In this document: positions 17,958 to 27,061 of the stretch, piece after piece | How positions within the stretch are numbered: the stretch's first letter is position 1 | Layout: the number at the start of each line of letters is the position of its first letter | Source of the DNA: Candidatus Eiseniibacteriota bacterium | GTDB taxonomy: Bacteria; Eisenbacteria; RBG-16-71-46 | Assembly (NCBI GenBank): GCA_041483195.1 | Contig: JBGPFC010000012.1 | Location: forward strand, 33,364 to 97,363 | Length of the DNA stretch: 64,000 nucleotides | Direction of reading: 5' to 3' | Position numbers and translations under genes: made by a program | Notes under the pieces: generated by a model | What the model saw: only the letters and a program-made list of their open reading frames with translations | The model's database searches: none | What the model was told of the DNA's origin: nothing

Positions 17958-19436
17958 CTAGTCCTCTTCGAAGATCAGCTCGTGTTTCTCCCAGTCGATG
18001 GTGACGCGGTAGGCGCGGAAGAATTCGCTCGCGAGCACGGCGTCGCGGCGCACGCCGTGGCGCCACAGCTCACCGGCGTCGAGCGCGCCCGATCCACCGC
18101 GCACGCCCGAGTCCGCAATCGGGCCCACGGCGATGCTCGGCACGCCGCACTCGACCCACGACTGGCCGGCCAGCACCGATCCCGCGCCGCGCATCACTTT
18201 GGCGATGCCGCCGGGCTTGACGCCGATCTCGTTAAACACAACCTGCGGCGCGCCCACCGCGCATCCCGGCAAACCGTTCTGCACCACCATCGCCATGCGG
18301 CGACGGCCGGCGCCGAGCAAGCCCCACACCGTCATTTCGCTCTCGCCCCAGATCTCGAACCGAACGCGCGACGCGCCGTCGGGGGGTATGAGCGCGTGAC
18401 CTAGGCGGTGCAGCTCGATCCGCCCGTGCTTGAAGTCGATCGTTGGCGTGAAATGGCGGAGCAGATTGAACCCGATCACTCCGGCGACCTGCTCGGACTG
18501 CGGATTGACCACGATGCTATAGCGGCGCATAGCGATCGCGGCCGCGGGGATCCTCTCGATGCGGAGCCCGCCGATCTCGAGGCGCTGCACCAGCGCGGCG
18601 CGCGCCGCGACGCGTGAGCCGTTCCAGAACACGAGCGAACGGCCGCCCATGAACTGCACGTTGCAGCGCCGCGCAACGCTCTGGTCCACAAGTAGGTCGG
18701 AGGCGCCGAAATCCACCGCGAACAACAGGGTCTGGCCGTTGAGCTTGACGCGCACCAGCGGCACTGGAAGCACTCGCGACATCAGCAACTTCACCTCGTC
18801 GGGTCCGGTGATCGAGTAGGCGCCGCCCTGATCGAGGCGCTCGAACAACGGTGCGCGCCCCGGCTGGTCGGCGTCGGTCGCGATCGCGGCCGCCGCCTTC
18901 CACTCTCCGCGCCGCACATACACCGCGAGCAAGTCGGCGAGGATCGCGGGATCGCCGTGCGCTGACGCCGCGAGCAGGCTCTCGGCCTCCGCGGTGCGGT
19001 CGTGGAAGAGCGCGAGCTTGCCGAGCCCGGCCCGCGCCGCGTCGTCGCTGGGAGCGAGCGTCAGCACGCGGCGGAGAACGGTCTCGGCGTCCGCTTCGCG
19101 GCCGAGGCGCAGCAGCGCGATTCCGAGCGAGTCGAGCCGCGCGGCATCATCAAGGTGTCCCACCGTGTCCCGCAGCGCGACCTGCAGCGCGAACTGCGCG
19201 TCGCGGAGTGACCCGTCGGGCTGTAGCCAATTGTCGCGCGCGGGGACGATGCGGAGCGAGTCGCGCTGCACGGCATCAGCGCGTTGCCCCACCGTGTCGG
19301 TCAGCGCTGCCTGCGCGTCGCGGTGCGACTCGTCGGCGCGCGCGCGCGCGGCACCGAGGCCAACCGTCACGACACATGCGGCGAGCACGACGAGGGTGGC
19401 TCTCACGCGCCCCGAAACCTTCGTGAGCCCGCCCAC
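17958..19436 (-). CDS. Exported TPR + retropepsin-like (aspartyl protease fold) protein, catalytic motif degenerate
   Basis: Signal peptide; TPR-like helices; PLVRVKLNG..FAVDFGAS; GVIGFNLL; RVTIDW. Confidence 0.65.
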   Translation of the reverse strand: MGGLTKVSGRVRATLVVLAACVVTVGLGAARARADESHRDAQAALTDTVGQRADAVQRDSLRIVPARDNWLQPDGSLRDAQFALQVALRDTVGHLDDAARLDSLGIALLRLGREADAETVLRRVLTLAPSDDAARAGLGKLALFHDRTAEAESLLAASAHGDPAILADLLAVYVRRGEWKAAAAIATDADQPGRAPLFERLDQGGAYSITGPDEVKLLMSRVLPVPLVRVKLNGQTLLFAVDFGASDLLVDQSVARRCNVQFMGGRSLVFWNGSRVAARAALVQRLEIGGLRIERIPAAAIAMRRYSIVVNPQSEQVAGVIGFNLLRHFTPTIDFKHGRIELHRLGHALIPPDGASRVRFEIWGESEMTVWGLLGAGRRRMAMVVQNGLPGCAVGAPQVVFNEIGVKPGGIAKVMRGAGSVLAGQSWVECGVPSIAVGPIADSGVRGGSGALDAGELWRHGVRRDAVLASEFFRAYRVTIDWEKHELIFEED

Positions 19437-19437
19437 C

Positions 19438-20616
19438 TCACGCCTCGAGGAACTTCTGCGCGGTGCGCAGCAGCACCTCGGCGCCGACTTCGAGGCAGGT
19501 CTCGTCCACGTCGAATCGCGGGTGGTGGTGATCCCAGGTGAGCCCCTTCGAGGCGTTGCGCGAGCCGACCGCGATGAAGCAGCCGGGCACCTCGCTCAGG
19601 AACCACGAGAAATCCTCGCCGCCCATGGTGCGGACGTCGTCCAGCACGTTCTCGGCGCCGACGATCTCGGCCGCCGCCGCTCGCGCGATCTTCGCCATCG
19701 CCGGGTCGTTCACGGTCGGTCGGTTGCAGCGCTCGAACTGGATCTCGACGCGGCAGCCGAGTGCCTCGCACACCCCGCGCACGATGCGCTCGAAGCGCGC
19801 GGGCAGCTCCTCCCACACCCCGGGATCGAACACGCGCACCGTGCCGTTCATGGTCGCGGTGCCCGGGATGATGTTGAACGCCGTGCCGGCGTGGATCTGC
19901 GTCACGCTCACCACGACCTCTTTAAACGGGCTCACGCCGCGGCTCGCGATGGTCTGGAGCGCGGTCACGATGTGCGCGACGCACACCACCGGGTCGATGC
20001 CCATCTCCGGCATCGCGGCGTGCGCGCCCTTGCCGGTGACCGTCACGGTGAACGAGTCCACCGCCGCCATGAAGGGCCCGGGCGTGACGCCGATCTTGCC
20101 AAGGTCGAGGTCCTGCCACACGTGGAGCCCGAACGCCGCGTCGGGCTTCGGCGCGGCCAGCGCGCCGTCGGCGATCATCGCGCGCGCGCCGTCGCCCTGC
20201 TCTTCGGCGGGCTGGAAGCAGAGCCGCACGTTGCCGCGCAGCGAACTGCGGTCGCGCGTGAGCCTTTTCGCGAGGCCGAGCAGGATCGAGGTGTGGCAGT
20301 CGTGTCCGCACGCGTGCATCTTGCCAGGCGTCTGCGAGCGATAGGGGACGGCGTTCTCTTCGACGATCGGGAGCGCGTCCATGTCGGCGCGCAGCAGCAC
20401 GGTCTTGCCGGGGCGGCCGCCCGCGATGGTCGCGAGCACGCCGGTCCTGCCGACGCCGGTGCGCGGCTCGAGCCCGAGCGCGCGCAGGCGCTCGGCGACG
20501 ATGCCCGAGGTGCGCACTTCTTCGAACGCCAGCTCGGGATGGGCGTGCAGATCACGGCGCACGGCGATCAGCTCCTCGATGTCGGCCGCGCTGAAGGTTT
20601 CCGGTGCGGGTTTCAT
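19438..20616 (-). CDS. M20D family amidohydrolase
   Basis: RRDLHAHPEL, RADMDALP, MHACGHD, FQPAEE, GGEDF, HHPRF. Confidence 0.93.
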   Translation of the reverse strand: MKPAPETFSAADIEELIAVRRDLHAHPELAFEEVRTSGIVAERLRALGLEPRTGVGRTGVLATIAGGRPGKTVLLRADMDALPIVEENAVPYRSQTPGKMHACGHDCHTSILLGLAKRLTRDRSSLRGNVRLCFQPAEEQGDGARAMIADGALAAPKPDAAFGLHVWQDLDLGKIGVTPGPFMAAVDSFTVTVTGKGAHAAMPEMGIDPVVCVAHIVTALQTIASRGVSPFKEVVVSVTQIHAGTAFNIIPGTATMNGTVRVFDPGVWEELPARFERIVRGVCEALGCRVEIQFERCNRPTVNDPAMAKIARAAAAEIVGAENVLDDVRTMGGEDFSWFLSEVPGCFIAVGSRNASKGLTWDHHHPRFDVDETCLEVGAEVLLRTAQKFLEA

Positions 20617-20653
20617 TGACGCTCCCCGTGAAAAGACGAAGCGATGACGAACG

Positions 20654-21511
20654 TCATCGCCGGCCCGAGACCACCCAGCTGAAGCTCGGGCATCGTATCA
20701 CGCCCCCATCGCGGAAGCGCCGGGTGCGCCGCGCGAGCCGATCGCGCAGGGCGCGCTGCTGGGCGCGGGAGAGGCGGGCGTGGAGCGCGCCGAACGGGCC
20801 GGTGCCGTCGATCGCCATCTCGAAGCGCTCGTCCTCGTGGTGGAACATGAACTCGGTTCGAACGCCCTCCGCGCGCACCCCGCGAAATCCCGCGCGGCGC
20901 AGCATGCGCGCGAGCAGCCCCTCGCGCCCGAGGCGCAGCGGATGCGGCGTGCTCTCGGGATCGGGCGGCGGCTCGCGAAGGAACGGGAGCGCCGCCTCGA
21001 TCCGCCCGCTGAAGTAGGGATTGCGCTCGACCGGCCCCCACACCGCGAGCGCGATGCGACCGCCGGGCTTGAGCGCCGCGCGCAGGCGCGCGAGCGCGGC
21101 GGGGATGTCCTCGACGAACATGATGCCGTAGCGCGACACGACGCGGTCCACGCGCGGGCCGGTCCAGCGGAACGATGCGAGGTCGCCGCGCCGGAAGCGC
21201 GCGTTGCGGATGCCGCGCACCGCGGCCCGCCGGCGCGCGATCGCGAGCATCGGGCCGGCCACGTCGATCCCGATCACTGCGCCGCGCGGGCCGACGGTCT
21301 GTGCGATCGCGAGCGCCGGATCGCCCGACCCGCAGCCCACGTCGAGCACGCGCTGTCCCGGCGCGATCGCGAGCGCGCGGAACAGGGCCGGATCCACCGA
21401 GGCCAGCGCGTGCAGGTGCTGGTTCTCCCAGCGCTCCCACGACCGGGCGAACACGTTCCAGTCCTCGCGCACGCGGCGGCGCCAGCTCGCGCCCCGAAGC
21501 GCCTTCGCCAT
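20654..21511 (-). CDS. Class I SAM-dependent methyltransferase
   Basis: VLDVGCGSG, SRYGIMF, LKPGGRI; GGAGG RBS before 21511. Confidence 0.88.
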   Translation of the reverse strand: MAKALRGASWRRRVREDWNVFARSWERWENQHLHALASVDPALFRALAIAPGQRVLDVGCGSGDPALAIAQTVGPRGAVIGIDVAGPMLAIARRRAAVRGIRNARFRRGDLASFRWTGPRVDRVVSRYGIMFVEDIPAALARLRAALKPGGRIALAVWGPVERNPYFSGRIEAALPFLREPPPDPESTPHPLRLGREGLLARMLRRAGFRGVRAEGVRTEFMFHHEDERFEMAIDGTGPFGALHARLSRAQQRALRDRLARRTRRFRDGGVIRCPSFSWVVSGRR

Positions 21512-21579
21512 GGCCGCTCCTCCCAAGAATGCGAAGACGCGGGCCGGCGTGCTGCCGGCCCGCGTCTCGCAGAGCTGCG

Positions 21580-23154
21580 CTACCTCTTGGTCGTGTCTGG
21601 CACCGCGGGAACCGCGGGTGCCGGCTTCGGAGTCGAGTCGTTCGGCGCCGTGACCGGCGGCGTCTCGTTCTTCTGCAGCAGGCGACGTCGCTCGCTCTCG
21701 CGCTTCAACACGTCCTTGTTGATGACCACGAACTCCACGCGGCGATTCTTCGCCATGTTGAGGGCGTTCGTGTTCGGGGCGATCGGCTTCGACAGGCCGT
21801 AGCCCTTGGCCGTGAACTGGTCGGGGCGCAGGCTCGGGAACTTCCGCACGATGTAGGCGAGCACCGTATCCGCACGCGCCTCGCTGAGCTTCTGGTTCTT
21901 CACGGCCAACCCGCGCGAGTCGGTGTGTCCGCCGATCTCCATCTTGAGTTCCGGCCACTTGGCGAGCACCTGGCCCACGATGTCGAGAGTCGGATAAGAC
22001 TCCGGCGCGAGGTCCGCCTTGCCGGTCTCGAAGTTCACGTTCTGGACCCGGATCATCCCGGTGTCGAGCATCTCGGTCTCGCGCTCGACCACTTCGATCG
22101 GGCAGCCGTTCGCGTCGACCTTGGCGCCGGCCGGCGTGTTCGCGCAGCGGTCGAGCCCGTCGCACACGCCGTCGCCGTCGGTGTCGATCGGGCAGCCCAC
22201 CGAGTCCACGTTGCAGCCGGCCTGCGTGCCCGGGCACTTGTCGAGCCCATCCAGCACCCCGTCGCCGTCGCTGTCCTTCGGGCAGCCGTTCGCATCCACC
22301 GTCGCGCCCTTCGGCGTGTTGGCGCAGCGATCGATCCCGTCGAAGACGCCGTCGCCGTCCTGATCGCTCGGGCAGCCCTTCGCATCCACCGTCGCGCCCT
22401 TCGGGGTGCCGGGGCACGCGTCGAGTCCGTCGAAGACGCCGTCGCCGTCGCTGTCGATCGGGCAGCCGGTCGCGTCCACCTTCGCGCCGTGCGGCGTGTC
22501 GGGGCACTTGTCCTTGCGATCGGTCACGCCGTCGCCGTCGGTGTCGCGCGGCCGCCCGCCGATCGCGAACGTGAGCCCGCCGCCCAGCAGCACGTACTGC
22601 CGCTTGGGCTGGCTCGAATCGTGCCGCATCCAGATCATGTTGCGCGCCTCGAGGCGCAGGCCGACCGCGTCGGTGAGCCACAGCCGCACGCCGCCGCCGA
22701 AGTCGAGGATGCCCTGCTTGATCTGGTCCTGCTTGGTGTCCTGGCCCTTGAACCAGCCGAACCCGAACCCGCCGAACACGAACGGTCCGCCGTAACGCGT
22801 GGACCATGGCGAGAGCACGAGGTCGCCGTTGTAGTGCGAGAAATCGACGTTGCTGCCCTTCACGGTATCCACCGATGAGGGCACGAAGCCGCCCGCGCCC
22901 TCGATGCCGAGCCACGAATTGTGCTGGTAGCCCAGGCGTCCGCCCGCGTAGAGCGCGTCGGTGAGCGGCGTCTTGCCGGGGTAGGATCCGTCCTTCGTGA
23001 ACTTGAGATCGCCGTCGAAGAGCGTGAACCCGCCGAACGACGTGACGGTGAAATGATGGCCGAGCGGCTCCGCCTGCGCGTCGCGCGCCGTGATCGGCGC
23101 GGCGAACGCGAGCGGAGCGAGCGCGAGCACGGCGAACGTCGTACGCAAGCGCAT
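21580..23154 (-). CDS. OmpA family protein: N-terminal beta-barrel, TSP3 Ca-binding repeats, peptidoglycan-binding OmpA domain
   Basis: GGAGG RBS; five DxDGDGVxDxxDxC repeats; IGGHTDSRG, LSEARA, NRRVEF. Confidence 0.93.
   Translation of the reverse strand: MRLRTTFAVLALAPLAFAAPITARDAQAEPLGHHFTVTSFGGFTLFDGDLKFTKDGSYPGKTPLTDALYAGGRLGYQHNSWLGIEGAGGFVPSSVDTVKGSNVDFSHYNGDLVLSPWSTRYGGPFVFGGFGFGWFKGQDTKQDQIKQGILDFGGGVRLWLTDAVGLRLEARNMIWMRHDSSQPKRQYVLLGGGLTFAIGGRPRDTDGDGVTDRKDKCPDTPHGAKVDATGCPIDSDGDGVFDGLDACPGTPKGATVDAKGCPSDQDGDGVFDGIDRCANTPKGATVDANGCPKDSDGDGVLDGLDKCPGTQAGCNVDSVGCPIDTDGDGVCDGLDRCANTPAGAKVDANGCPIEVVERETEMLDTGMIRVQNVNFETGKADLAPESYPTLDIVGQVLAKWPELKMEIGGHTDSRGLAVKNQKLSEARADTVLAYIVRKFPSLRPDQFTAKGYGLSKPIAPNTNALNMAKNRRVEFVVINKDVLKRESERRRLLQKNETPPVTAPNDSTPKPAPAVPAVPDTTKR
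22100..22546 (-). repeat. Five ~90-bp thrombospondin type-3 coding repeats inside ompA
   Basis: Recurrent gccgtcgccgtc...cgggcagcc units; 30-aa period. Confidence 0.8.
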
Positions 23155-23363
23155 GATCACCTCCGTGGTTGTCGCAAGTTCCCGGCGATCCGACGGGGCA
23201 GGACCGGGATCATCCCTGACAGGTCGCGCGGGACGATAGCGGCGGGGTGGGCGGCGCGCAAGCGAAGGGGCGAACGGCGGGCCCGCGAGACCGGATTGAC
23301 GGGCGAGGGGAGAGGGGGCACGTTGAGGGGTCACCGAGTCGATCGAAACCGGGGGCAGACTAG

Positions 23364-23471
23364 ATGACCGCCAGAGCGTCCACCATCGCCAAGCTGATCG
23401 CTGCGTGCCTGCTGTGCATCGTCGTGATTGCCGGCCTCGTCCTGCTCGTGCGACATTTTCGGATGTCCTGA
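23364..23471 (+). CDS. Putative 35-aa single-pass membrane protein
   Basis: Manual translation MTARASTIAKLIAACLLCIVVIAGLVLLVRHFRMS*; below the ORF-track cutoff. Confidence 0.45.
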   Translation: MTARASTIAKLIAACLLCIVVIAGLVLLVRHFRMS

Positions 23472-23504
23472 CGCGCCAGAAGTCCCTTGAACCGGAGGGG
23501 TTCG

Positions 23505-23729
23505 ATGATCAAGAACATGGGCACCGCCGACCGCGGCATCCGCATTCTGATTGCGCTCGCCATCGCGTTCCTTTACTTCACCCACAGGATCGGCGGCACC
23601 CTCGCCATCGTGCTCGGGATCTTCGCGGTTGTATTCATCGTCACGAGCCTCGCGGGTTGGTGTCCGGCCTATCTTCCGCTCGGGCTCTCGACTCGCAAGC
23701 CGCCCGCGGGCCCCTCGCCGGCCGCCTGA
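23505..23729 (+). CDS. DUF2892 (YgaP-like) small membrane protein
   Basis: GGAGG RBS; KNMGTADRGIR...GWCPAYLPLGLST. Confidence 0.88.
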   Translation: MIKNMGTADRGIRILIALAIAFLYFTHRIGGTLAIVLGIFAVVFIVTSLAGWCPAYLPLGLSTRKPPAGPSPAA

Positions 23730-23743
23730 GGAGCGCGCGAAGC

Positions 23744-24193
23744 ATGCGACGCCTCCTCGCGCTCTGCGCACTCCTGCTGGCGACGAGCGCCGCGGCGGGC
23801 GGTGCTCCGACGGTCGCCGAGTCGACGAGCGTCGCGGCGGCCCGGCGGATCCCCGTCTTCCGCCTCGACCCGTCGCTCCCGCGCATCCGGCTGGACGCAT
23901 GGCTGCGTCAATTGCTCGGTCCGCGGATCGAGGTTTCGTGGGAGGCGAACGATTGCGGCGAGGGATCTGGATCCCCTGCGGACTCGAGCCGCGATCTCCC
24001 GACATGCGTGGAAGCGTCCGCCCGACTGGGAGGTGGAGCGCAGATGTATTTGTCCGTGACGGTCGGCTCGGTGGCGACGGGGGTACACGGCGCCCCGGCC
24101 CTGTGGGACGCGGTGATCGTGCGCGGAGACAGCAGCGAGTCGTTCAGATCCCTGGCCAGGTTCGGGCGCGCCGTCAGGGCGGGCCGCCGTTAG
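23744..24193 (+). CDS. Hypothetical exported protein
   Basis: GAGGAG RBS; signal MRRLLALCALLLATSAAA; WEANDCGE...PTCVEA. Confidence 0.65.
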   Translation: MRRLLALCALLLATSAAAGGAPTVAESTSVAAARRIPVFRLDPSLPRIRLDAWLRQLLGPRIEVSWEANDCGEGSGSPADSSRDLPTCVEASARLGGGAQMYLSVTVGSVATGVHGAPALWDAVIVRGDSSESFRSLARFGRAVRAGRR

Positions 24194-24270
24194 GCCCGGG
24201 GCGCGAACATAAGAACGACTCGAGAAGCCGCGGGCCGTCGTGCCGCGAGCTCCGTACCGCGCGGCCGTGC

Positions 24271-24459
24271 GCGCCGGTCGCGGAGATCATCCTTCAGGCC
24301 GCGGAGGACCCGTCACCCAAACTTCGATATCCGGTCAAGGGAGCGCTGATGCTAGCGCTGAGCAGGCTGCTCCCGGATGCGATCTGGCGCTCGCTGCTCG
24401 GCGAAGGAATGAGGCGTCGTCCGAAGCGTTCGGTGGGCCGGGGCGGATCGTCGGCCTAA
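24271..24459 (+). pseudogene. C-terminal remnant resembling a short-chain dehydrogenase
   Basis: PVAEIILQAAEDPSPKLRYPV...LSRLLPDAIW resembles SDR C-termini; no Rossmann N-terminus upstream. Confidence 0.5.
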
Positions 24460-24554
24460 GTCCTGCGCGTCGCGCACGGTGATCCGCGTGACGAACGCCA
24501 GCGGCGCACAAGTGATTCCGCGAATGTCGGTGCGTAGCAGCCACGGACAGAAAT

Positions 24555-24587
24555 GCGGGCCGGCGCCCAAGCTCGGCGCCGGCCCGC
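24555..24587. terminator. 13-bp perfect GC hairpin
   Basis: GCGGGCCGGCGCC-caagctc-GGCGCCGGCCCGC. Confidence 0.55.
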
Positions 24588-24793
24588 GTGATCCTGCAGA
24601 ATCATCAGGGCGTCAACGCCATCTGCTTGCGGTCACGCAGCAGAAATCACCGCGCGACAGGCGTGCTCGCCGTCGCTACACTTGGAGGGTGACTTCCGCC
24701 GGGGTCGCCCCCCGGTATGTCAATAATTATTGTGCACCCGGACCCTCCGGAGCATTGGCTCTGACCCAGGCACCCCGCGGCTCCACACAGGCC

Positions 24794-26830
24794 ATGCACC
24801 GACCCGCCCACAGGATCGCTAAGTCCGCCCTCGGCGCGCTGCTTGCCGTCGGCCTGCTCTTCCCGCCTGCGGCACACGCCCAGGAACAGTGGGGCTACAA
24901 CGGGATGGAAGTGTGCGTCCGGCCGCTGTGCGCGGGGTTCAGCCCGCTCATCTGCCAGGACGGATTCGGTGGCGCGCTCATCGTGTGGGAGCGCAATCCG
25001 GGGCTGGTCAACCAGGACCTCTACGTGCAGCGGGTGCTGGCGAACGGAGTGATCGCTCCCGGATGGCCCGGGCGCGGCGTGCTCGCGGTGGGTGAATCTC
25101 ACGACCAGTACTCGGAGGCCATCGTGCCCGATAGTGCGGGCGGTGCGTTCGTCGCGTGGGTGGACTACCGCAGCTGGACCGCGAACGGTCTCGATATCTA
25201 CGCGCAACATGTCCGCGGTGATGGCTCGCTCGCCCCGGGCTGGCCAACGAACGGATTGCCGGTGGGGGCAGCACCGGGCGATCAGGATTGGGCGCGCATG
25301 CTGGCCGATGGCGCGGGCGGCGTGTTCATCGTGTGGGAAGACGCGCGCTCCGGGTTCAACAACACCGACGCTTACGCGCAGCACCTGAACGGCGACGGAA
25401 CCCGGGTCGCGGGCTGGCCGGAGGGCGGGCTCGCGGTGTGTACGGCGCCATTCGCCTCCTACGGGCCCCATCTCTGCGCGGATGGCCAGGGGGGATGCTT
25501 CATCGGGTGGTCGGACGGGCGCGACGTTTACGGAGGAGAAATCTACGCTCAGCGGGTCGGCTGGTCGGGGGATCTGGCGACGGGTTGGCCGGTGAACGGT
25601 CGACGGATCTTTTCGGGAGGTAGCGTCTACACCGCGCGCGGCGTGTGGGGCGTAGTCCCCGATGGCGGCGGAGGCGCCTACATCGGCTGGGGATCGAGCC
25701 ACGGCGCGACGGCCTACGACGACGACGTGTATGCGATCCGGATTCTCGCCGATGGATCGATCGCACCCGGGTGGCCCGCGAGTGGATTCCCCGTGGCGAC
25801 ATTCCCCGGCCAACAATTGCTCAACAGCGTCGCGGCCGACAGCACCGGCGGCGTTCTGCTCGGATGGTACAGCGGCATCGAACAGCCCAATACTGCGTAC
25901 GTGCAGCGGCTGCGGCCCGATGGCACCGTTACGCCCGGCTGGCCGGCCGCGAGCGTGCACGCCGGAGATGTCGTGGGTTTCCAGGGCGCGGTCTCGGTGG
26001 TGCCGGATGGGCTGGGTGGCACGTACGTGGCTTACTACTCCTCGGGAGGTAGCGGCTCGCACGACTTCATCCAGCACATCACGGCAACCGGTGCTCTCGC
26101 GCCGGGCTGGCCGACCGCGGCGATCCCGCTGGTGAGTCCCTGGACATCATCGGCCTACCAGCAGGATGCGTACTTCGGCGTTACCGCGGACGGAAGCGGC
26201 GGCGCGATCGTCGCGTGGAACGACACGCGCAACGGGATCTCGAACGAAATCTTCGCGCAGAAATACAGCGGGAGCGGTCCCACCGCGACGCTGGTCTCGC
26301 TCACCAGCGTCGAAGCGCTGCCCGATCGTGTCATCCTTGCGTGGCATCTCAGCGATGGCGAGACGCCCGACGCCGCGATCTATCGGCGAACCGAAGAGGA
26401 CGCGTGGTCCGCACTGGGACGCGCCGCGTTCGATGGCACCGGTCGCCTACAGTTTGAAGACCGCACCGTCGAAGCGGGAGAGCGGTATTCGTATCGGCTG
26501 GGCTGGCTCGAGTCCGGCACCGAGCAGTTCAGCGCCGAGACCTGGGTCGAGGTGCCCGCCGCGCTCGCGCTCACGCTCGAGGGCGCGCTCCCGAATCCCG
26601 CGGTGGGTGCGCTCAACGTCGCGTTCACACTCCCGCGATCCGGGCGCGCTTCGCTCGAGCTGCTCGATATCGCGGGCCGTCAGCTCGCCGAGCGTGAGGT
26701 GGGCGACCTCGGCGCGGGGCGGCACCTCGTTCGCCTGAATGAATCACGCCGAACGCCGCCCGGCGTCTACTGGCTCAAGCTCACTCAGTCGGAGCGCACG
26801 CTGGTCAAGCGCGCGGTCGTGATCCAGTAG
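24794..26830 (+). CDS. Secreted repeat (probable beta-propeller) protein with Ig-like linker and FlgD/T9SS-like CTD
   Basis: Signal AHA-Q; 8 DGxGGxxxxW...YAQ repeats, 7 followed by GWP; CTD PNPAVG...LLDIAGR...PGVYWLKL. Confidence 0.8.
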   Translation: MHRPAHRIAKSALGALLAVGLLFPPAAHAQEQWGYNGMEVCVRPLCAGFSPLICQDGFGGALIVWERNPGLVNQDLYVQRVLANGVIAPGWPGRGVLAVGESHDQYSEAIVPDSAGGAFVAWVDYRSWTANGLDIYAQHVRGDGSLAPGWPTNGLPVGAAPGDQDWARMLADGAGGVFIVWEDARSGFNNTDAYAQHLNGDGTRVAGWPEGGLAVCTAPFASYGPHLCADGQGGCFIGWSDGRDVYGGEIYAQRVGWSGDLATGWPVNGRRIFSGGSVYTARGVWGVVPDGGGGAYIGWGSSHGATAYDDDVYAIRILADGSIAPGWPASGFPVATFPGQQLLNSVAADSTGGVLLGWYSGIEQPNTAYVQRLRPDGTVTPGWPAASVHAGDVVGFQGAVSVVPDGLGGTYVAYYSSGGSGSHDFIQHITATGALAPGWPTAAIPLVSPWTSSAYQQDAYFGVTADGSGGAIVAWNDTRNGISNEIFAQKYSGSGPTATLVSLTSVEALPDRVILAWHLSDGETPDAAIYRRTEEDAWSALGRAAFDGTGRLQFEDRTVEAGERYSYRLGWLESGTEQFSAETWVEVPAALALTLEGALPNPAVGALNVAFTLPRSGRASLELLDIAGRQLAEREVGDLGAGRHLVRLNESRRTPPGVYWLKLTQSERTLVKRAVVIQ

Positions 26831-27061
26831 CGACTGACGCCCGAACGTTCGTCCGGGGGGCCGGAAAGTGTCGAATTCCCGACGCGATCGTCCATCCCGC
26901 GACGCGCGTCGCAGGCCTGGGCCGCGTGGCGCCGCGGCGATCCGCGCGCTCCTCCGCGGCCCGTCGCGTGCTAGTGCCCACCGCGGTGCTGTCACGTCCG
27001 CGGCGGTCAGACTCGGGACCGGGATGGGTGGTGGTGTGGCGCAGGGGCCCCCGGGTCCCCG

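Noticed and set aside
22100..22546. Regular repeats as a possible CRISPR array
   Set aside because: In-frame TSP3 coding repeats with no unique spacers and no cas genes.
20654..22915. Apparent 753-aa methyltransferase fusion
   Set aside because: The upstream part is an off-frame read of ompA; the real start is 21511.
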